In this document: piece by piece, positions 8,257 through 16,543 of the stretch | Numbering within the stretch: position 1 is the first letter of the stretch | Layout of the letters: each line of letters begins with the position of its first letter | From: Candidatus Azophilus sp. | GTDB taxonomy: Bacteria > Pseudomonadota > Gammaproteobacteria > Pseudomonadales > Azotimanducaceae | DNA: 64,000 nt | NCBI GenBank assembly: GCA_965220425.1 | Contig: OZ244830.1 | Span: 2,488,468-2,552,467 of the forward strand | Direction: 5' to 3' | Notes under the pieces: generated by a model | Database searches by the model: none | What the model saw: the letters and a program-made list of their open reading frames with translations, nothing else | What the model was told of the DNA's origin: nothing | Program-made: the position numbers and the translations under genes

Positions 8257-10494
8257 ATGAAAGCTTCCATACCGGCCCTGGCCGTTGTTGCGCTGCTGGC
8301 CCTGCTGGCCGGGTGTTCCGAGCAATCCGAACCTGATTCCGCCGCCGGCGCGCAATCGTCGGCGGCGCAAGCCGAACCTGAAGAGCCTCGTGCCGCCGCG
8401 ATTCAACGGGCCACCGGGGACATCGACGGCGCGCGTATTGTCAGTGGCGAACCGGAGAACTGGCTGAGCACGGGGCGCACCTACGACGAACAGCGGCACA
8501 GCCCCCTCGATCGGATCAATCAGGAGACGGTGGGTGAACTGGGCCTCGCCTGGTACTGGAACACCGGCACCAAACGAGGCCTGGAAGCCACGCCCATCGT
8601 CGTGGATGGAGTGATGTTCACGACCGGCACCTGGTCGGTGGTATGGGCGCACGATGCGGGTACCGGTGAGCTGCTGTGGGAATTCGACCCCGGGGTGCCG
8701 CGAGCCTGGGGGCGCTATGCCTGCTGCGATGTGGTCAATCGCGGTGTGGCGGCCTGGCAGGGCAAGGTCTACGTCGGCACCCTCGACGGCCGCCTCGTCG
8801 CCCTGGATGCCGGCACCGGCGAACCGGTCTGGGATGTTTACACCATACCGCGGGACCGGGCCTATACCATCACCGGCGCGCCGCGCATCCTCAACGACCA
8901 GGTCATCATCGGCAACGGCGGTGCGGAATACGGCGTGCGCGGCTACATCACCGCCTACGATGCCGCTACCGGAGAGCAGGTGTGGCGTTTCTACACGGTG
9001 CCCGGCAACCCCGACGACGGTTTCGAGAGCGAGGACATGGAACTGGCGGCAGCCACCTGGCAGGGCGGCAAATGGTGGGAAGTCGGCGGCGGCGGCACGG
9101 TCTGGGATTCCATGGCCTATGACCCCGAGTTGAACCTGCTCTACATCGGCACCGGCAACGGGTCGCCGTGGAACCGCTACATCCGCAGTCCGGGCGGGGG
9201 CGACAACCTGTACCTGTCGTCCATCGTGGCCATCGATGCCGATACCGGCCGGCGCGTCTGGCACTATCAGACGACCCCCGGGGATACCTGGGACTACACG
9301 GCGGTGCAGCACATGATCCTGGCGGACATCGAGATCGCCGGCCGCCTGCGGCAGGTGATCATGCAGGCGCCCAAGAACGGCTTTTTCTACGTCATCGACC
9401 GCATCACCGGCGAATTCATTTCCGCCGAAGCCTATGTTCCCGTGACCTGGGCGTCCCATGTGGATCCGGAAACCGGCCGCCCGGTCGAGAGCCCGGAGGC
9501 ACACTACGCCAACAACAAGAAACGCGTCCGGCCGGGACCGTTGGGCGGCCATAACTGGCACCCCATGACCTATCACCCGGGCACCGGCCTGGTCTACATC
9601 CCGGCGCTGGATCTTCGCTTCGACTTCGCCCAGGACAATGCCTTCAGGTACGTCTCCGAAGACTGGAACACCGGCATCGACTTCAGGGTAACCGCGCCAC
9701 CGCCCACGGCGGAGGAGAACATCGACAACCTGGAGGCCATCAAGGGCTTCCTCGCCGCCTGGGACCCCGTGAGCCAGGAGGAAGTGTGGCGCGTGCAGCA
9801 CGCGACGGCCTGGAACGGGGGCCTGTTGTCCACGGCGGGCGATCTTGTCTTTCAGGGCCGGGCGGACGGCCGGTTTGCAGCCTACGCCGCCGATACGGGT
9901 GAACTGCTGTGGGAAAGCCCGACGCATGTCGGCATCATCGCCGCGCCGGTCAGCTACAGCATCGACGGCGAACAGTACGTCAGTGTCGTGGCCGGATGGG
10001 GCGGAGCCTACGGCGTGGCAAGCGGTGCGCCCCGCCACCGCGACAACGTGCTGAGCGAGGGGCGGATCCTGACCTACAAGCTGAGCGGGGACGTAAAACT
10101 GCCGCAACCCGAGGTGACCTATCTCGCGGTGCCCACACCGCCTGCCATGGACTACACGAAAGAGCAGGTCGCACGCGGCCAGGACGCCTTCCACGCTTAC
10201 TGCGCGGTCTGTCACGGGCCTGGGGTGGGCACGTCCGGGACGATCGCGAGCCTCCTGTACTCCAGCCATGCGACGCACGGCATCTGGAACGCCGTTGTGC
10301 TCGACGGCGCCTACACGGGGCGGGGCATGCCGGATTTCAGCCATGCCCTGGATGCGCAGGGGGCACAGGACATCCGCGCCTACGTCATAGACCGGGCAAA
10401 GGCGGTGATCGCGTTCTGCAAGTCGTCTTACCGCGAGGAGTATCCGGAGCTTCTGGATTCCGCCTGTGAGATACCGCACGTGGCCGGGAGCTGA
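8257..10494 (+). CDS. PQQ-dependent quinohaemoprotein alcohol dehydrogenase (lipoprotein signal, C-terminal cytochrome c domain)
   Basis: Signal and lipobox LLALLAGCSE. It has repeated W-motif propeller blades and the vicinal CC (YACCDVVNRG) of PQQ-ADH. The C-terminal haem site is CAVCHG. Confidence 0.9.
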   Translation: MKASIPALAVVALLALLAGCSEQSEPDSAAGAQSSAAQAEPEEPRAAAIQRATGDIDGARIVSGEPENWLSTGRTYDEQRHSPLDRINQETVGELGLAWYWNTGTKRGLEATPIVVDGVMFTTGTWSVVWAHDAGTGELLWEFDPGVPRAWGRYACCDVVNRGVAAWQGKVYVGTLDGRLVALDAGTGEPVWDVYTIPRDRAYTITGAPRILNDQVIIGNGGAEYGVRGYITAYDAATGEQVWRFYTVPGNPDDGFESEDMELAAATWQGGKWWEVGGGGTVWDSMAYDPELNLLYIGTGNGSPWNRYIRSPGGGDNLYLSSIVAIDADTGRRVWHYQTTPGDTWDYTAVQHMILADIEIAGRLRQVIMQAPKNGFFYVIDRITGEFISAEAYVPVTWASHVDPETGRPVESPEAHYANNKKRVRPGPLGGHNWHPMTYHPGTGLVYIPALDLRFDFAQDNAFRYVSEDWNTGIDFRVTAPPPTAEENIDNLEAIKGFLAAWDPVSQEEVWRVQHATAWNGGLLSTAGDLVFQGRADGRFAAYAADTGELLWESPTHVGIIAAPVSYSIDGEQYVSVVAGWGGAYGVASGAPRHRDNVLSEGRILTYKLSGDVKLPQPEVTYLAVPTPPAMDYTKEQVARGQDAFHAYCAVCHGPGVGTSGTIASLLYSSHATHGIWNAVVLDGAYTGRGMPDFSHALDAQGAQDIRAYVIDRAKAVIAFCKSSYREEYPELLDSACEIPHVAGS

Positions 10495-10509
10495 TCCTGG
10501 CCCGCATCG
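10493..10509 (+). repeat. copy of the dispersed motif GATCCTGGCCCGCATCG, directly after the PQQ-ADH stop
   Basis: It shares 17 nt with the reverse complement of 12984..13000 and 14 nt with 16540..16553. Confidence 0.5.
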
Positions 10510-10699
10510 GCGGCCGCAAAGTTGCGCGTAACATCATCAGGCACTGGGCCTGAGCAGGACCTTTCCGGAACGGCTGGGACGCTGCGGGCGATCTATCCTC
10601 AGGCTATCCGCGCCGGGCAGGGGCGTGGAAGCGGGGTGGCGATCGATAGGTGAGCGTCGGATGTAAGAGAATTGCGGCTTGTCGTCGGGTTGAATTCTC

Positions 10700-11089
10700 A
10701 TGGCGGGCTTTCCGACAGCGGCGTACCATTGCGGCATGTCCGACGAGTCCGCAACCAAGACCCACAAGCCGAGTTCCGAGTTCTGGACGACCATTGGCAC
10801 GTTCATTGCCATGGGTACGTTGATACTGACGGTGACCGGCTGGCTGCGGGACGACATTCGAGCCTTGAGCGCCGATCTGCATGCCCTGGAGGCCGACGTG
10901 AACTCGATGGGCGTGGACGTGAAGGTCCTGGACAGCAAAATTGAAGTCCTGGACACCAACATGAGTGCCCTTGCCGCTGACGTAAAGGCGCTGGACGCGA
11001 AGGTCGATACGATCGACAGGCGTCTCGCCGTAGTTGAAAGCCATGTTCTCGGCCTTCCGTCCGGAACTCAGATCGGCGAGGACGCCTGA
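10700..11089 (+). CDS. hypothetical N-terminally membrane-anchored coiled-coil protein
   Basis: One TM segment (FWTTIGTFIAMGTLILTVTGWL) is followed by repetitive (A/V)LD/ADV periodic segments (ALSADLHALEADV, VDVKVLDSKIEVLD, LAADVKALDAKVDTID). An alternative start is ATG 10736. I recognise no family. Confidence 0.5.
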   Translation: MAGFPTAAYHCGMSDESATKTHKPSSEFWTTIGTFIAMGTLILTVTGWLRDDIRALSADLHALEADVNSMGVDVKVLDSKIEVLDTNMSALAADVKALDAKVDTIDRRLAVVESHVLGLPSGTQIGEDA

Positions 11090-11090
11090 T

Positions 11091-11327
11091 AATTGGGGTC
11101 ACAAGGCCTACGCCAACTGGCTACTCGCGTACCGAAAACCAGTCGGTGAGGAACTGCGAAGTAAACTGATATCTGAAATTCGGAACGCGGCAAATACCGG
11201 CCTGATCCTGGGCAATGAATACTTTCGACAGGAAGTCGAACAACTGACAGGACAGCGATTTCATCACCTCAAACGAGGTCCAAAATCCAAACCTGCACCC
11301 CACCCCAAAGAAGAGTTGTTACTCTGA
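11091..11327 (+). pseudogene. C-terminal fragment of an IS200-like / REP-associated Y1 transposase (COG1943 type)
   Basis: NWGHKAYANWLLAYRKPVGEELRSKLISEIRNAANTGLILGNEYFRQEVEQLTGQRFHHLKRGPKSKP matches the characteristic tail of these transposases (..EIR.A.N.G..LG...F...+E...). The catalytic HUH/Y part is absent. Local GC is well below the window average. Confidence 0.5.
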
Positions 11328-11402
11328 CCCCAAATGTTAATTCGCAACCGTCCGCGGGAGCGACGCGATCTGGGTCATCCCGGCAACGGACGTGCGGGCA
11401 GA

Positions 11403-12731
11403 TCATTGTGTTGTTTCAAGATTGCGGCGTGCGATCTCCTGTAAGCCTTCCGCTCGGGCGGCCTCGCCGAGCCAGCGTCCGCGCACCATGACGCCTTGAA
11501 TGTCCGAGGTGTTGCGGATGTCATCCAAGGGATTGCCGCCGAGTAACACGAGATCCGCAGCGAGTCCTTCCGCGATACGGCCGAATTCATCTTCCATGCC
11601 GAAGAATCGCGCCGGATTCACCGTACCGGTCGCAATGGCTTCCATTGGCGGCAAGCCAGCGGCCACCATGGATTGCAATTCGCGATGGATGGAGGGTCCA
11701 GGAACATTGAAAACCTGAGGCGAGTCAGATCCAAGCAGCATGCCCACCCCCCCTTCATGCAGCGCAAGGATGATGGCTTTTCGAAGCTCGACCAGCTTCT
11801 TCTCCGACCGATCGTCATCACGCGCGGCGATACTGCGCTTGTAGCGTTCGAGCAGGGGCGGGGGGAGATACCGGGTCTCCGGCCGACTCGCCAAGGCGTT
11901 CACATCGTCCGCATAGTTTTCGAACAGCGTTTCGGTCGGCACTATCCAGGTTCGGGCTTTAAGAGTCGCGTCGACAAGTGCAGCCACGCCCGCTAAATCG
12001 ACCTGGTCCACCAAGCCGACGCCAAAGAAAGACCCGTATCCCGGCGTCTCCGGAGTAAGTCCAGGAACCAGTGCAACTACGTAACCATCAACGTGATCCA
12101 CCGTCGCTTGGCCTTGTTCCAAGGCTTGCAGCAGACCCACTTCAACGGGCACGTGCCCGGCGAACGGGATGCCGACATCCCTTGCCGTCTCGGCCATGGC
12201 GTCGTATTCGGCGCGCGTTAGGCCCGGATGAATCTTGAGGAAATCGTAGCCAGCCGTGGCTTGCTCACGCACCATCTCGGCAGCTTGTTCCGGGCTTGAA
12301 ACCGAGTTTCCATTGAACGAAGGGCCCGAAGTGATAAGCCTCGGGCCGAACACCTCGTGAAACGCGAGATCCTCGCGCAATTTGAGATGCGTCTCGTTTC
12401 CGAGCATGCCGCGCGCCGTAGTAATGCCATGGGCCGCCCAGAGAAACAGCACGTCCCGACCATATTCGGGCTGATAATCAAGGTGCGGTACATGCGCGTG
12501 CATCTCGGAGAGACCGGGCATGAGATAGCCGCCCTGCATGTCGATCGAGGTCGTTTTGTCAGGCGCCTCTATGTCGCCACCCACCGCGACGATCCGATCG
12601 CCCTCCACCAGCACGTCTCCTGCAATCAGGCCTTGGGCATCCATGGTCAGCAAATGCCCGTTGGTGAACAGGTAGGAATCGGCGAACGCACCACTCGCCG
12701 CGAACATCAAGAGCAGCAATACGGATTTCAC
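11403..12731 (-). CDS. amidohydrolase family protein (secreted)
   Basis: ORF 11403..12833, whose first 34 codons are MITE read-through. GTG at 12731 gives MKSVLLLLMFAASGAFA, a signal peptide. It has the metal motif LSEMHAHV and a later HV/DH pattern. Confidence 0.85.
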   Translation of the reverse strand: MKSVLLLLMFAASGAFADSYLFTNGHLLTMDAQGLIAGDVLVEGDRIVAVGGDIEAPDKTTSIDMQGGYLMPGLSEMHAHVPHLDYQPEYGRDVLFLWAAHGITTARGMLGNETHLKLREDLAFHEVFGPRLITSGPSFNGNSVSSPEQAAEMVREQATAGYDFLKIHPGLTRAEYDAMAETARDVGIPFAGHVPVEVGLLQALEQGQATVDHVDGYVVALVPGLTPETPGYGSFFGVGLVDQVDLAGVAALVDATLKARTWIVPTETLFENYADDVNALASRPETRYLPPPLLERYKRSIAARDDDRSEKKLVELRKAIILALHEGGVGMLLGSDSPQVFNVPGPSIHRELQSMVAAGLPPMEAIATGTVNPARFFGMEDEFGRIAEGLAADLVLLGGNPLDDIRNTSDIQGVMVRGRWLGEAARAEGLQEIARRNLETTQ

Positions 12732-12739
12732 GCTTTGCA

Positions 12740-12904
12740 CTAGTGCTCCGTCAAGCCAAAATCTACGGGTAGGCGCATGGGATTTTTGGTTCCTGGCAAG
12801 GCGCGACGACGCCGCATGGCAGGCCCCATGCAAGGAGGAGCAACGCAGTCAGGGGCCAAAAAGACCCGCGAATACCCGTAGATTTTGGCTTGACGGAGCA
12901 CTTG
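12740..12904. mobile_element. MITE-like element, copy B (same orientation as copy A)
   Basis: It is identical to 1903..2067 except for 2 substitutions near the right end (ggctTgacggagcacTTg). The element starts 9 nt upstream of the amidohydrolase GTG. Confidence 0.8.
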
Positions 12905-12976
12905 TCTCTCCGGTGTCTTCAATTGCGCGGATACTAACCGGAAACCCTGGGCGCGATGTAGGGGACAGCCGTATTC

Positions 12977-13000
12977 GGTGAGCGATGCGGGCCAGGATCC
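12977..13000 (-). repeat. copy of the dispersed motif (reverse complement GGATCCTGGCCCGCATCGCTCACC), directly after the MaoC-like gene stop
   Basis: It has a 20-nt identity with 16540..16559 and a 17-nt identity with 10493..10509. Confidence 0.5.
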
Positions 13001-13003
13001 GGC

Positions 13004-13417
13004 TCAAGAGCCGGGCAGCTTGACCCGGGCCGTTCCGAATACGCGGGTTTCACGCGCATCGTTGCTGACGGTGATGTCGATCTCGACCTCGCCCGCCTCC
13101 TCGTCGATGTCCGTCACCACGCCGCTGATGTGGCAGGGACGGTCGACGAAGAGTGGCGCCCGGAATACCGTGTCGAGTCGATGCAGCTCGGCTTGCGGAG
13201 CCCAGCGGTGGATCATCGCCGCCAGAAAGCCCTGGCTCATGATCCCCGGCACCAGAGCCCCGGGAAACCCTTGCCGGCGCGCCGCTTCATGGTCGTTGAA
13301 GCGGGGTCCGCTCCAGTGCGCCGCCGCGGTGAAGCGCTGCACGTTGTCCATGCTCGTATCGGCATCGAAAGCGGGTAGCTCTTCGCCGAATTCCACTTCC
13401 TCGATGCTTGCCGGCAT
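13004..13417 (-). CDS. MaoC-like (R)-hydratase hotdog protein
   Basis: ATG 13417 lies 10 nt after AGGAG. The longer ATG 13444 is possible. Hotdog pattern: FTAAAHWSGPRFNDHEAARRQGFPGALVPGIM. Confidence 0.8.
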   Translation of the reverse strand: MPASIEEVEFGEELPAFDADTSMDNVQRFTAAAHWSGPRFNDHEAARRQGFPGALVPGIMSQGFLAAMIHRWAPQAELHRLDTVFRAPLFVDRPCHISGVVTDIDEEAGEVEIDITVSNDARETRVFGTARVKLPGS

Positions 13418-13654
13418 GTTCAGACAACTCCTGAATATAGACAAATAACTTTCTGATTAATGGATATTTTATTTGCTTTCTGAAACGAATGTGCGTAGCA
13501 GCCGGCAACCATCAGTCGTGAGCGTTCGGGCAAGCCGTGATGACACGTATGTGCGGAGGCAGCAGACGGTCGCAGTGGCAAGACACACGCCGGCTACGCG
13601 CTCCGACTTCACTCGCCGGCCGAGCGATTCCACGGGCGGACCGAACGGTTACCA

Positions 13655-14107
13655 TCAGCCAGCGGGTCTTTCACGGATCACGGTGCTGGTGTCCGCGCAG
13701 GCGAGACGTGCTCCGCCGGCGTCGAAAATCTCCATGCGCTTGATGAAAAACACCATGCGTCCCGAGCGGCCGGTCTTCGCGTAGATAGCGTGCATGTGGG
13801 TCCTGCCGGTGAGCTTGACGCCGGATCGGACGGGCTTGAATACCGTTACGGCGCGGCCCGCGTCCATGCCCATGCCGGCGACCCCGGGAAACCCGTCCGG
13901 CAGGCGGTTGTAGGGCTCCAGGCACGCGACCATGGTGGGGGGCGCCCGGAAATCCGGATGGGCCGGGTCCGTATGGCGGGGCGTCAGTTCCCCGCAACTG
14001 GCGGCAAACTGGACAATGTCTCCGGCGGTCAGCTCGAATTCCGTTTCGTCGAAGACCTGATTCAGGTAATCGCCGCGGAGCCCGTCGATATCCAGCGGCT
14101 CATTCAC
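13655..14107 (-). CDS. MaoC N-terminal-type hotdog protein (partner subunit of the downstream hydratase)
   Basis: 150 aa with the FAS1-like dehydratase / MaoC_dehydrat_N pattern (DIVQFAASCGELTPRHTDP...PPTM). It is paired with 13004..13417, as in heterodimeric hydratases. Confidence 0.75.
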   Translation of the reverse strand: MNEPLDIDGLRGDYLNQVFDETEFELTAGDIVQFAASCGELTPRHTDPAHPDFRAPPTMVACLEPYNRLPDGFPGVAGMGMDAGRAVTVFKPVRSGVKLTGRTHMHAIYAKTGRSGRMVFFIKRMEIFDAGGARLACADTSTVIRERPAG

Positions 14108-14228
14108 GGTCGCCCGCCTTCGCCGTTCGGCCGTCCCGTGGAATCTGCCGGCAGCGATGTGCTTCGGTGTCTGTAGCCAGGCAAATCCGTTGTGAAACGG
14201 GCGTCATCGCCTTGGTACGCCCATTCCA

Positions 14229-14906
14229 TCACGGCTTGCCCGAACGGTTACCGCCCGCCCTGGCCGCCGCTCCCCTGCGCGGATTGAAATCCAGCGCCTC
14301 GAACGCTTCGGCGCGGAGCGCTTCGGCGAGTTCGGATGCGTGTTTGACCTCGGCTGGAAAACGCGTGGCGCAGCGTCCGATGTGGCTGACGATGTGGGAA
14401 TCGCTGCCGCCGATGCCGAGGTAGCCGAGTTCCCTGGTCATGCGTTGCGCGAACTCGTCCTCCCGGTCGCGGCTGCCCCCGTTGTAGATCTCGACGATGC
14501 GCACGCCGTCCGGCACGCCGTACTCGTCGATGTGCGAGAACATGCCCACGCGCGTGCGGCCGGGGTGGCAGGGCACCGGGACGCAGCCGTGCCGTTCGGC
14601 CTCCTCGATGACCTGGGCGAGGGGCAGGTCCACGTTGGCGAAGTCGAATGCCCGGGTGAGCGCCCCGGTTACCCCGAACAGCAGCACGTGCCCGTACTCG
14701 GTCTCCACTTCGCTGCCTTTGAGAATGGTCAGGCCGAACTCCCTGGCGAGCCCGGAATAGTCGGATTCCCGGTCGAACTGGCGATGTTCGGTGAGCACGA
14801 AGCCGTCGATGGGAATGTCCCTGGCGCGAATCCACCGGCAGTAGTTGGGTACCTTGGCGCGCCCGTCGTCGGATTTGATGGAATGGCAGTGCAGGTCCAG
14901 GATCAC
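14229..14906 (-). CDS. PHP-domain metal-dependent phosphoesterase
   Basis: It has the LDLHCHSIKSDDG motif and later H/D ligands. GTG 14906 overlaps the coaE stop (GTGA). The longest ORF would start at 14939. Confidence 0.75.
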   Translation of the reverse strand: MILDLHCHSIKSDDGRAKVPNYCRWIRARDIPIDGFVLTEHRQFDRESDYSGLAREFGLTILKGSEVETEYGHVLLFGVTGALTRAFDFANVDLPLAQVIEEAERHGCVPVPCHPGRTRVGMFSHIDEYGVPDGVRIVEIYNGGSRDREDEFAQRMTRELGYLGIGGSDSHIVSHIGRCATRFPAEVKHASELAEALRAEAFEALDFNPRRGAAARAGGNRSGKP

Positions 14907-15520
14907 GATGCTTGCCGGTCTGCCGTGAGACGCCGCCAATGGGTCTCCAGTTGGGCGTGCAGGCTGTCGAGACCGGCCGAGTTGTCGATGACCACGTCCG
15001 CGCGGGCGGCGCGCTCGTCGTTGGAAAGCTGGGCGGCGATGCGCTTGCGCAGCGCCTCGGCACTGAGGCCGTCCCGGGCCATCGCCCGTTCGGCCGCGGT
15101 ATCCGGGTCGGCCACGACCACCCAGATCTCGTCCAGCCCTTCCGTCCAGCCGGCCTCGAAAAGCACGGCCGCGTCGAGAACGGTGATACCGCCCGGTTGG
15201 CCGGCTTCGATCTCCGCCTGGGCCAGCCGGCCAATCTCGGGCCAGACGATGTCGGTGAGCTTCTTCATCTCGCCCGGCTTGCCGAACACCTTGCCGCCCA
15301 GGACGGCGCGGTCGATCAGGCCGTCATCGTCGACCACCTCCTCGCCGAAGGTCTTGCGCACCGCATCGAAGGAGGGCGTGTCGGGGTCGTAGGCCCGGTG
15401 TCCCAGCCGGTCGCAATCGACAACCTTTGCGCCGAGGCTCTCGAGATAACGGGCGGTGGTGGACTTGCCGGAGGCGATGCCGCCGGTCAGTCCGATGACG
15501 GTGGAGCGGGCGGAGTTCAA
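14903..15520 (-). CDS. coaE: dephospho-CoA kinase
   Basis: It has the VIGLTGGIASGKST P-loop at the N-terminus, the typical length of about 200 aa, and a TTG start overlapping the crotonase stop (TTGA). Confidence 0.85.
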   Translation of the reverse strand: MNSARSTVIGLTGGIASGKSTTARYLESLGAKVVDCDRLGHRAYDPDTPSFDAVRKTFGEEVVDDDGLIDRAVLGGKVFGKPGEMKKLTDIVWPEIGRLAQAEIEAGQPGGITVLDAAVLFEAGWTEGLDEIWVVVADPDTAAERAMARDGLSAEALRKRIAAQLSNDERAARADVVIDNSAGLDSLHAQLETHWRRLTADRQAS

Positions 15521-16326
15521 ACCGGGGAGCCCTTGGGAAAGTGCGGTTCGCGTTTCTCCAGCAGGGCCTGCAATCCCTCTTTTCCTTCGGGGCCCAGGAA
15601 ACCCAGCATCTCGAGCGCCGTGGAGGTATCGTAAATCGGCCCCGCCAACCGCAGCCAGTTGTTGAGCGCATATTTCGTCCAGCGAATCGCGTTCGGCGCG
15701 CCGTTGGCGAGTTTTCGGGCAACCTCCATGGTCTTGTTCTCGAGTTCGCCGTCGTCCACGCAGAGGGAGATGAGCCCGATGCGCTCCGCTTCCTCGGCGG
15801 GCAGCCTATCGCAGGTCATCAGGTAATACTTGGCTTTCGCCATGCCGCAGAGCAGCGGCCAGACGATGGCGGCGTGGTCGCCGGCGGCAACGCCCAGGCG
15901 CGTATGGCCGTCGGTGACGAAGGTGGACCTGGCGGCGATGGAGATATCGCAGAGCAGCGCCGCGACCAGGCCGGCGCCGACCGCGACGCCATTGATGCAG
16001 GAAATGGTGGGTTTCCCGCAATTGATGATGTTGTAGACGAGATCCCTGGCTTCTTTCCAGGTGGCGATCAGGGCGTGGTAGTCATTGATGTTCGTCTCGA
16101 CCATTTCGAAATCGCCGCCGGCGGAAAACGCCCGGCCCTCGCCGGTGAGGATGACGCAATCGATTCCGCGGTCGTCATCGATCTCGCGCCAGACGTAGGT
16201 CAACTCGCGATGACCGATGGCATCGAGCGCGTTCAATCGCTCCGGCCGGGAGATGGTGACGCGCAGGATCCGCTCCTCGGGGTAGTCGAACTTCAAGCGC
16301 CGATAGCCCTGGTAGCGCTCCGTCAT
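15517..16326 (-). CDS. enoyl-CoA hydratase/isomerase (crotonase) family protein
   Basis: Motifs: [31 protein letters not shown]. Confidence 0.9.
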   Translation of the reverse strand: MTERYQGYRRLKFDYPEERILRVTISRPERLNALDAIGHRELTYVWREIDDDRGIDCVILTGEGRAFSAGGDFEMVETNINDYHALIATWKEARDLVYNIINCGKPTISCINGVAVGAGLVAALLCDISIAARSTFVTDGHTRLGVAAGDHAAIVWPLLCGMAKAKYYLMTCDRLPAEEAERIGLISLCVDDGELENKTMEVARKLANGAPNAIRWTKYALNNWLRLAGPIYDTSTALEMLGFLGPEGKEGLQALLEKREPHFPKGSPV

Positions 16327-16543
16327 GTGCCTGCTCCGTTGTCTGACCCGCTATCCGGCGGTGTGGCGTGCATGCATCGGGACTGCGCAAGGTTGCAGTA
16401 CCCGGTCGCGATGAACCGCGCAATGTATCCAAGTATGCGGTTGGGCGCTACCATTGCGAGCCTTCCCGCCGAGAAGACGAGCGATGTTGCGGCAGCCCTT
16501 CGTTTTGCCCTGGAACCGGGCTGAAACCCGCTTCGAGCGCCTG

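Noticed and set aside
8149-10479. 776-aa minus-strand ORF covering the whole PQQ dehydrogenase gene.
   Set aside because: It is antisense to a gene with clear family motifs. The product is R/G/P/A-rich with no motifs. This is the typical long shadow ORF of high-GC DNA.
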